Shown here in pieces: positions 53,911-64,000 of a stretch of DNA of 64,000 nucleotides (within the stretch, counting starts at the first letter, position 1; every line of letters starts with the position of its first letter). The position numbers and the translations under genes were made by a program. The notes under the pieces are model-generated. The model did not search any database. It had not been told where the DNA came from and worked only from the letters and a program-made list of their open reading frames with translations. The stretch comes from Tubiluchus corallicola (Eukaryota; Animalia; Priapulida): assembly GCA_030141605.1 (NCBI GenBank), contig JAQGDQ010000553.1, forward strand, positions 1 through 64,000, read 5' to 3'.

Positions 53911-53959
<49 letters not shown>

Positions 53960-56900
53960 ACTTGAACTTAAATTGAAGTTAACATTTCAAAATTCATAGG
54001 TGAAATTGTGCACTACTCTTGGTTCTCAGCTCCCTGTATCTCTTACGAATACCTGAAATATCATTAATTAAGGGGCTGTACGATTCTTCTACTATACAAA
54101 ATTTGTACCATTACCATTTGTACTTATACCAATACAGCATTCACATGTTCAGTCAAATTTAAATTTTTTTATTTACCTGGAGTAGTTTTATTCCATTGTT
54201 TGAAACTCAGATTATTGAGCTGTATTCTGGTACATAAAATATAAATTTTTTCCAGGAATTTTCCTTTTTCACTTGCACTTAATGTAGCCAGACAAACTGT
54301 GGACGAGATATTGGCTTTGGATTTGACACAATTTTATGATGACCACAGTTTTGCCCTGGAGAGAGAACCTTGTAAGTTGGGTGTCAAAGATACCCGCTAA
54401 AATATGCTCTTTTTTCTTGTTCCTTATTTTGAATGCCACGCCATTGTTCACAGCACCATCTAGGCCTTTTTATCTTATTGAACAAGAAAGTAGAAGCTCA
54501 GTAGAAGCTCAGTGGAGTATAAAAAAAATTTTGAATAAAATGTGTTTTCAAATTTTGCATGTTGTTATATGATTATATTTCGACAGTCGTAATAATTATT
54601 ACAGTAAACTTTAGCTGTTCAACAGCTGCTGTAGTAGTTAGATGATTTTTAAGTAAATTTATAGTCAATAATGAGCAACACTTTCACCATCAAACTTCAG
54701 TTTCACAGCACCATACAGTAAGCAAATGACATACTTACAATCTATTTTTCAAGAAATAATTGAAGTAAGTTTTTACAACTAGGTAAACAATGTTAAAACA
54801 TCTGATATAGATTTGCCACAAAGCAATGGTTCAACAGAGAAAAATTCTTCAACAATAGTGAAATATTAATTATGCTTCTCTCAAATATTCTGAGTTAGTT
54901 CGCAAACAGATACATGTTGTTCGTCACATATTATTTGAATTTTCTGCATGTGCAAATCAAATGTTCACGAGTAAAAGGTGATCTAGTCCATCTCCCAGTT
55001 TCAACTCTGAAAGTGAAGATAACACAAATCGACTGAAACAAATTCTGAAATAGTCAAGAACATTACCATTATATAATACATTACATGTCTTTGTTACGCC
55101 ACAATTCCATGTTGAGCATATTGGATAACCATTACCACATGTCCCGTGACATCAAGCGACACACATCTCCAATGTTTCTATTCACAAACATTGGTAAAGA
55201 AAAAAGTTCCTTTGAACCTTTGGCTGCCCGAAATGCAAGGAAAATTTTACTTTCTTTTTAATTTATTGTGCTATACATGCACATTATTGCACTACTCAAG
55301 TAAATGTATGTGAAGAAAGCTTTTGAATGAGTGACAGTGTTTCAAGAAAAAATACAAAATGCAATTGCTGACAATAAACAGGTCAGCAATTATAATATTA
55401 AAATGTATCAAATTAGTACTAGCACTAGTACTAACAAACTGCATCTGTTGGTACCTTTAAGATTTGATAATTATAAAAACTGATAATGATGATGATATTA
55501 ATAATAATAATAATAATAATAGTAATAATATGCTAATAATAATAATAATATATTATTAGTAATAATAATAAATATAAATAATACCTTTGTTTTCTTTAGT
55601 ATTATCTGCTGGTTATCTGGGCAGGGCAGTGTTTGAGAAACTAGCTGATGTGTGTAGAAAGTGGCAGACCGCACAGCCTGTGATATGTCCTCATTTAGAA
55701 TCTCTCGATGTCTCTATTTATGCAGTCAAAAATGAAAGACCAAAAATGGAAGACCGTCATAACTCATTTACTGATATCAGACCTTTGTTTAATTTGGCGG
55801 TAAGTAAGTAATTAAACACTCATTAATTTGAATAGTACCGGTAATAGCATTAATGATTTTATACTAGGTGTAAATTTTGCCCTGTTATTCTCAACTTTAT
55901 ACTTGTCTAAGGATTTTTGAGGTTTTTCTCTCCTTTAGTCAAAATGAATCAGGGGAAGGGCTCGAAATCTATGCTGCTTCCTTCTCCCCACAACATTCAT
56001 TGCTTTTTTATTGAAGTCACTGAAATGTCAAAATGCTAAGAAGTAATCATTATTATTTCATGTTTCTGTTGTATTCAAATTTTAATATGCAAGTACTGTT
56101 GTGAAAATAAAACTATCTAAATGTAAATCAGTTTGCACAATGATCAAGTGCCTCAGCTTTGACTAAACTTTTCATACTTTGTTATAACTGCAGAACTTTT
56201 ATTTTTCTAAATTATTCTCTTCGCTTTTCTATGATAATTTGCCCCTTTGGCACTTTCTCACTTATTCTAATTTCATAATGTATTATTTTGATGTTTACTG
56301 TCGGAAACTTGAGCAAAACAACCCATTTGTACAAGAATTTTGTGCTTGTCATTGAATTCCACTAAAAATGCTGTATCAAGTAAAAACTAACAAATTTGTC
56401 AAGCTCAAAGCCTACTAATGTGGAGAACATTCTAAGTATGCACAATTATGTATTCTATTTGAAAAACTGTGAGGTTAGAACAAATGCTTATGTCACACCG
56501 TTCCACAGTCTTGATGAATTTTGATGTACAACAACATAATGTGTATTTAAATATAGGTAATTCGCCATAGAAAATAAACAGAAAGAGTTGCAGTGGTGAA
56601 AGACCCTCGGGTCACCTGACAACCACCTCTTGGTAGTAGTAATCAATTAATACTGTCAATGAAATTAAAAAATGGCATTAGTAGCATTTAGAGAGAGACA
56701 GTTTACTTTTTGATAAGAAGATACATTTACTCACAAGGAAATTCAACTATTCAACTAACAATATTATGGGTTAGGATTAAAAATAAATGTTAAGCGTTAT
56801 CCACTTACGAGCAAAATAATAGTAGCAAAGCTATGGATAGGTAACAAAAAATTAAAGAATTCAGCAAAGCATAATTCAAAATATACTAAAGTAATAATAG

Positions 56901-59900
56901 TAAAAACGCAGCTCGACAAAGCAACTGAAAATGTAACAAAATATGAAGGCTGTTAAAAATATTAGTAGTAAAGCAACAAAAAATATGAAAATATGATAAG
57001 GCAGTGAAAAGCAACTCAAAAATGCAACAAAACAAAAAACAATACAACAAAGCAACAAAACAAACAGTAGAGCATGGGAGTACTAATCCCAGGTCTCTGA
57101 TTCAAATCCCCACTAGTCCACAATTTTTTAGTGTCTCCTTTCTCCAACTCATTTCCCACAATGGGTAATAATTGGTAAATAAACCACAATAATTTATTAA
57201 AGAAATTCTGGTAATCACAGTCATAATTAATTTACAAAAAAACAGATTCAGTCTAATGCACTATGTAGGTGTGCTTTAAAGATTTGTACAGTCATTTCAT
57301 TATTTCAGTGTGACTCACCAGTATCTTTATTCAGTGTCTGCGACGGTCATGGCGGTGTGGAAGCTGCCATTTATACAGCCACACATCTTTATTGTAACCT
57401 TCTGCAAAGCCCTCACTTTTACACCAATATGAAGCAGGCATTCCGAGAGTCATTCCGGATAACCGATAAGAATTTTGAAAAACGTGCACGGAAACAGGTA
57501 AGGGGTCTTCCACATATAACGATTTCAAGTTTTTGGCCAATTTCGAAGACATGTGGCCATTACCTACTTACCCCTTATATTGATTGCATTAGTACACTGG
57601 TGTATTTTTTTATGTACATTTTATTCTTTCTCCTGCCAAGCACAGGCAACAACATCAATTGTGTTAATTAAAGAGACATCATCAGTGGATTCTACTGATA
57701 TCGGCAGTAAAGGCGGTGGCAACCCCAATTCACTGAACTCATTCTCATCGACTCATTCTACATTTATGAAACCTATCAAGAATGTCCAGAAAAAACGCTA
57801 CCCCAAACTAACATTATAGCCAGGCTAAAGACATTTGTAAAGAAACACAGGTGTTGTATAGTGCGGTTTCACCTTTTTTTCCAAAGAGCTATAACTTTTC
57901 CTGCACGACCACCGAGTGCCATTAGGAACAGCTGATGGAAAACCTCCAAAAATGGCCGGTTTTTTTTACTTATTGCCAGAATACCATGTAGATAAAATGT
58001 CACAGCGGCGCTTGGTGGGGGGTCTTTGAGGGAAATTATAGCTGTTTTAGGAAGAGGAGAAATCAGGTTACATGATGATGTGGTTTTCTAAATGCCTCTA
58101 CCAAGGTAAAGAGTTACAATTAATTTTGGGGAAACCTTTTCTTTTGGGCAACCTTGTAGTTGCCAATCCTGCTGTGACAGCTCATATATGCATATAACAG
58201 AAACATTGTAGCCATCTTCATCACTTTCTCTGTCCAGTGCATTCTTTATTTGTGACTCTGAGAATTCGCGAAGGCTGTTTCGCACCTTTAAGTAATCTTC
58301 ATAAGAATGCAATCCATGTTAGCTGAACATAAACAAAATTCGTTAAGTTCGGGTTTCTTTTACTTGTAAAATAGCTTGCTCAGAATGAAGTTATGATTTT
58401 GAAATTAGGCTTTGAAATAATAGTGACATATCTTATTCAAATATATAGGTGTAGATCTTGCTGTTTAGTGCTGTTTCCTGAAAGGTTTCAATTTTTTCAA
58501 GACAAATGCTGCATTCTGAAATTAACTATGCAGACTAAGATGTAGGCCATCTGTACGCATGTAAACATTCTGCACAGGCATCAGTCTGCAGAGTGTACAC
58601 TGCTGTGTTTTGTAAACTGTTCATTAGATGCATAAACTGAGGTATTAAACGAACCGGCTGGATAAACAACTTGAAAAACTTAATGCAGTCCGTTAGTTTT
58701 CATTGCTAACGTATAGCAAATGTTCTGTGCACGTAATCAGCCAATTTACACGAGCCCCTTAGAACTGTATTATGAAAGACAAGTTTATCTAACTAAGCAT
58801 TCGGGGTGTTATAGAAATTACTGTGTGGACACAGGTAAAAATGTTTGGCATATATTGTTTATGAATAAGGGTTTTTGAGTAATTTTGCATAGGTCCAAAG
58901 CTGGATTATCCTATAGACTAGTATAGGCTGCAGCCTAGGGCCCCTCAAGCTTTAGTAACATTAAATGTAACATTAGATTTGGTAAAAATCTGTTTTTCAT
59001 TATGGTTGTATTGAAATTGCATGCTAATTTGGTTTGCAATAAATAGTAAAATAGTGATATTTTTTAAAGAATATTTTTATTGACAAACGAAAGATAGCTA
59101 TTCTAGTTTATTTAAAGAAATTGCAATAAGTTTATTTCAAGCTACGTAAATGTCGCTAAAATACATCACGAGTAAAAAATAGATGGTGCGGGAGAATTAG
59201 AGGGGCACTCCATCTGAGGAGGGCTCCATAATTTCATTAGCCTAGGGCCCCAAAAGGACATAATCCACCCCTGCATCAGCACTGTATATTTACTGTTGCT
59301 GTTAAAATATTGTGTAAATATTAGAGGTTGCAGTTTACCCTGTATATATGAAAGCTACTGGTAAACAGGCATTATACTTAGGGCCGATGCTAGGAAGTGC
59401 GGGGCACAATTAGAAAATTGTTAATGGGGCCCTCTACCCTACAAAAGTTCAAGATTGATGTTTTATTTTTCATGTAGTATATCAGTAAATCTCATCAATA
59501 AAGCATTAAGGAATTGAGGCTTCATCATTCGCCACAATGATATACTAAAAATTGAAAGCCTGTAGGAATATTTTGATTATTTATTACAAGTGATGGTGGT
59601 CACTGATGTAACATACTCTTTGTGCATAGATAGACATAAAAACAGACGTTTCTGCATTTTTTATCCGAGGAAGCTTTCAAAGTCAATGGCTTTTTATAAT
59701 GTCATTTTCTACAGATAGATAGCAAATTATTTGTTTCTCTCATAAAATTGTTGTCCACGGATATGTTTTAATCATTTTTTTATCTCTTTAGACATGTTAA
59801 ACAGACAACACAACTTTCTGTTCTAAACTTTGTTATATAATCTCATTAAAAGCACTCTTTCTGTGTTGAGGGTTTAAATATCGTCCACAAAATAGTAAAA

Positions 59901-62900
59901 TTAAAATCCAATAACGATCTAACTAATGCATTCATGGCTTGTCATTTACCTTTTTTAATTTGTAATGGCAATGATAAACTGAAATTACAAAACAAACAAA
60001 CAACGAGCAGCAAAAAACATTGAAACATAGTTATACGAGGACAGACTGAATAGTTTCACTGCCTTCGTGGTATCAATAAACTTCTTGCACACTGGACACT
60101 CATTAATTCATCATAGCGTCCTCTGCTCGAGCTTGTGCGTGGACCCAACTTGGACAAATCTGTCTAATTACCTTAAAACTGGCATTGATTATATTATATC
60201 GTTTGTGATTCAAATGGCATAATAATTATGATGAGACTGCTAATAAGATCAAATTACCTACAGACTTTCGTTATTGTTTGTTAGGGTTATCGCAGTGGAT
60301 CCACGGCACTAATGGCAGTACTGATGAAGCAGAAACTTCATGTTGCTTGGTGTGGAGACTCTCAACTTGCTCTGATTAAGAATAATCAAGTTATCTTTCT
60401 AACAGAACCTCACAGGCCAGACAGGCCGGTATGAAAAAAGTTTTATAGTAGTTTAGCAACATAATTTTGCATACATCCAGCTAACCACAACTACCACTAA
60501 GTAGGTAACCCTTTTTTGTAGTTAGTGGTCTAGGGTTAAGTTTTTAGGTGGAAGACTACCCTTAGAGAAGATGTTAAACTAAATGTAATGACTTGATTAT
60601 AACTGCTAAGGTGAACATCGGCTTCCGAAGCCCCTTGGTTGGAATAGTGTAACTAGTTCACTGCACTCGGGCTTGCTGGAAAAATCTACAAGGACAGAAA
60701 TCCAGCAATCTGGAAAACTGCATAGATAAGGCACCAATATTACAATGTAAATGTATTGTAGTGCTTTAGAATTTTGAAAAACATTCAGGTGAAACGAACC
60801 TAGTGCAGCACAAATGTAGATGTTTCGAAATTGTGAAAAATACAGTCATGGGATCAATCTTAGAATGTAGCCAATACTTCTTATTGAGTACGTTTAACTA
60901 ACAGGTTCTAACTGTGTACTGTCGCAGATGTGGAGGGATCAGGGTTTTTGTTCATATTGTAGTATAGACTTGTAGCCTTCATTACAAAATGGTGTTGCTT
61001 ACATTTAAATATTAAAAATGTTCTATTTCATAAAGTTTGTTCATCCCAGGATGAGAGAAAACGTATCGAGTCCCAGCTGGGTACGGTTACATATCTTGGC
61101 TCTTGGCGTGTAAATGGAATGCTATCTGTTTCTAGATCTATAGGTACTATATCTCAAATTTTAGATGTACATGAAGTAAACCACTACCTTTTGTGAATTG
61201 TAGTGAAGTATGCATTGTAAATTACACTATTAAGTCAACTTGTAGTAGAATAATGATGTACAGGGTATATATATAAGTTTTTACTAAGTGGGACATAAAA
61301 ACAACGAGTAATAGTACAAAACAATTCTTTACATCAAAGTATTGCTGAAATAATATCAAATCTATCGTGTCTTCAAAATTTAGTGTCTCACACAACCTAC
61401 AATATTGACAGCATTATCCGAGCAGCGACTTGAAGGATCCTCCAACGCATATTGCATATCTCTCATAAGCTTGTCTATTAATTGTCTTTATATTTTCCTA
61501 GGATCTCCTCTGACATTGAGTTTAGTCCATTCCAGGCAATTCAGTTCAACCATAAAAAACTACTTGTGGATCTTTCAACTGTGCTCTCAACTTCCACATT
61601 GCAGGCTATTTTTGAGAACATGATAGATTCGCTTTTGTTTTAGGTGTACTTGGGTATAGTAAATTGCACTGTACTGTTACTCGTTTTTGTACCCCTGTCC
61701 CGGGCAAATGGTTATATACCACTCTGTGTATCTCTTAGTTTTCATTCATATAGGAAATGCAGTTTCACTTCTACGAGTATCTTATTTCTTCTACAATATG
61801 TGAATTTATCAGTTTATCGCACATGTTTTATGATTCAGTTGTGAGACTCGTCAGTTCTGAAACTTTATTCTACCAATATTGTCTGTCAGTACTCCTCCCA
61901 CGCTTTGCATTTACTTTTAGGAGATATTGATCATAAGAAATACATACCAGCAGAACCGGAAATCTTTGAATTAGATTTAGACGGTAGCGAATCGTACATG
62001 GTGCTGGCTTGTGATGGATTTTGGGACACAGTTTCGCCCTCAGCTGCTGTGGATATTGTAAGGTAAAACAGCATCTCATTTTTGGCATTTTTATTAATCT
62101 AAATTTGTATTGACTTTAAAGTGCAGGCACTTGGGCCCCGTGACTAATGCCTAATTGACTCTTTCAAATCTTGTTGGTAGCTAAACCGGGACTATAGACT
62201 CTTCAAACATTTACGATGAGTACCAATTCAGCAAGGACATAGCTTCTGTTCGAGTAAATGGCTTCGTTGTGTCATCGTTTTAGTTTTGAAAAAACGTGTC
62301 TATCAAAAATCCTGAAAAATGTCTCTGAGTTGGAAAGCAGTTCTGGGGTTGGAGACCTAGAGGAGATGCAAATTTTTTTTAGATTTTGCAATTTAGTATT
62401 TGCTTTTGTGTGGTTATAATCAGTGGTCTCGGACTGTGTCTTGGTACGGCTAGCTTAGAATGTGAGTACGGTAGCTTATAATGTGAATTTCTAAGTCTAA
62501 AAAATCAGAGTACCTCTATGGTGTAATGAATAGCAACAATGGATATGACTGGAAAGCAGAAGGTCTTGTGTTCAAGACCAGTGAAGCTATGGACAATAGA
62601 AGTTAAGCAGCAGAAGAAAATTGACGCTTTTCAAAGACGTCTCTACAGAAAATTGCTTGCAGTCAAATGGCCTGACAGAAAATCCAATGATGATATATAT
62701 AATGTGTTCAAGAAGAATCCTTGGAGTAAACAAATACAAGTAAAAGGATTGCATTGGACTGGTCATACACCAAGATTACCTCAAGAGTCTCCTCTTCCTA
62801 TAGCATTGCGTAAAGCTCTTGGAACATCAAAAAAGCCAAGAGGAGGTCAGCTAATGACGTATATAGATATACTGCAAAGAGATTTAGCAAATACAACTCT

Positions 62901-63583
62901 TGATTTGAGGAATGATCCATCATGGGTGGTGGTAGCGGACAGGAATGCATGGCATCAACAGTGGGACATGCCATGTTTTTTTAGAACATAGCAGCAATGA
63001 AACGACGGAGCAGCAAAACTTTTTCAGATTTTATAATTTAGTATTGCTTTTGTGCGTTTACATGATTGATTGCAATGGCGTGAATTGAATAATGCAAAAT
63101 AATCAGTATTGCTATTAAATAGGCTTAGGACAAAAAATGAATTTAAGAAGTTGCTACTGCACTGTACACAATCAAATTAAAGAAAAATGAAACTATAATT
63201 ACTAGTTAATGAAATTCAAGAAAAAACCTGCATTATAATTAGGAGACACCACAAACACAGAATGTAAGAAATCAATGTAACCACATAATTTGAGTACTGT
63301 ATAAACATTCATGATTTTCAGTGAGTATCTTGCTGCTTCGAACAACAACAAATCATCAGTTGCCGAGAAATTAGTGGAAGCTGCTAAAGAAGCTGGATCC
63401 GACGACAACATCACCGTCATCGTAGTGTTTTTTCCTCCGCAGTTGCCGGAAGCTACTGACCGGCAGTCGAGACACAGCATAAAATCAAAAGGATTATCTG
63501 CAGTCGGAATCTCAATAGGCGGAGAGAAAAAGAAGTCGCCAGCATTGTTGAGTTCTTCACCGATACCATGTAAACAGCAATAA
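52619..63583 (+). CDS. PPM1E: PP2C-family Mg/Mn-dependent protein phosphatase, PPM1E/PPM1F (CaMK phosphatase/POPX) co-orthologue, 8 coding exons, about 430 aa
   Basis: Exons: 52619-52764, 54256-54371, 55600-55799, 57309-57497, 60285-60428, 61050-61143, 61921-62062, 63322-63583, all phase-compatible. Motifs: EVEGECLDW, SIYAVKNERPKMEDRH, DGHGG, SGSTA, AWCGDSQ, EPHRPDRPDERKRIE, WRVNGMLSVSRSIGD, LACDGFWD, GSDDNITVIVV. The choice of PPM1E over PPM1F as symbol is arbitrary. Confidence 0.9.
53731..53830 (+). mobile_element. tRNA-derived SINE-like element / tRNA pseudogene
   Basis: A-box-like TAGCTCAAATGGTAGAGC, anticodon-arm-like CTTGTAATCAG and a degenerate B box. The tail cacaatttttagtg is shared with a second copy at about 57065-57150. 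Confidence 0.6.
53913..53956. repeat. (TA)n microsatellite
   Basis: Direct reading. Confidence 0.95.
55483..55572 (+). repeat. (TAA)n-rich microsatellite just upstream of phosphatase exon 3
   Basis: Direct reading. Confidence 0.85.
57065..57150 (+). mobile_element. Second, 5'-truncated copy of the tRNA-derived SINE-like element
   Basis: gtagagc...taatcccaggtctctgattcaaatcccc...cacaatttttagtg aligns with 53731-53830. Confidence 0.55.
57499..57580. mobile_element. Terminal fragment of a PIF/Harbinger-like MITE
   Basis: taa-ggggtcttccacatataacgatttcaagtttttggccaatttcga matches taa-gggggcatccgcatataacgatatcaagttttcagccaatttcga at about 40937 and an inverted copy at about 21200-21251. Confidence 0.6.
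58896..59273 (+). mobile_element. hAT-like MITE (copy 2)
   Basis: Shares tatagactagtataggctgcagcctag, the internal blocks and the ...cataatcc end with 18158-18472. Confidence 0.7.
62539..62991 (+). mobile_element. RTE-type LINE ORF C-terminal fragment in phosphatase intron 7
   Basis: Reads LWTIEVKQQKKIDAFQRRLYRKLLAVKWPDRKSN...LHWTGHTPRLPQESP..IALRKAL..SKKPRGG...DRNAW, the typical RTE C-terminus. Confidence 0.85.
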
Positions 63584-64000
63584 ATACGAGTAGAAAATCC
63601 AAGATAAACTGTAGGATACTCAAAAATTTAAGCAATATTACCTTATAAATACGGGTACAAATTATAAACAAAGTTTTCGTTACAAGGAAACAAGGCCCTT
63701 CTAGAACTTTCTGGAAGTGACAACGCAAGCAAATAAAAAATGAAAGAATAAAATCCTGGGGTTTGTTTCTTGGTATGCAGTGAGGCCTGTCGTGTTGAGT
63801 TGACCAGCACTAATACCTTTCGATGCTTTTGAGAATTGCACATGTGAAAAACGGGTACTTTTTAGTGGATAATGTCAACCCAGTAATTAACGTAATATCC
63901 AAGTCATTTCAACGTCAAAAAATATAAAAATTGTTAAACATTGAGGGAAAACTGTCTGTCACAGGCTGAAAATTATGATACCAGTGTACCATATATTAAC

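Overview
This is AT-rich eukaryotic (invertebrate metazoan) genomic DNA. I reconstructed three intron-rich genes by hand with GT-AG splice sites and consistent reading phases: TMX2 (+, 8 coding exons, 14908-22864, 282 aa), the DEAH helicase DHX37/kurz (-, 27 coding exons, 52434-23564, about 1208 aa) and a PPM1E/PPM1F-type PP2C phosphatase (+, 8 coding exons, 52619-63583, about 430 aa). DHX37 and the phosphatase are head-to-head with only 184 bp between their start codons, and TMX2 and DHX37 are tail-to-tail. The first 10.8 kb is a large, almost perfect inverted repeat: arm 1-~1664 matches arm ~9105-10795, and the left arm runs off the window edge. Each arm carries a CpG-richer segment with an apparent signal-peptide first exon pointing inward, across a spacer of LINE debris and microsatellites. 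The phosphatase ends in CKQQ-stop, the same farnesylation motif as LKB1 and NAP1L1. The introns contain many MITEs, tRNA-derived SINE-like pieces, LINE fragments and minisatellites. All calls come from manual reading; no database searches were run.
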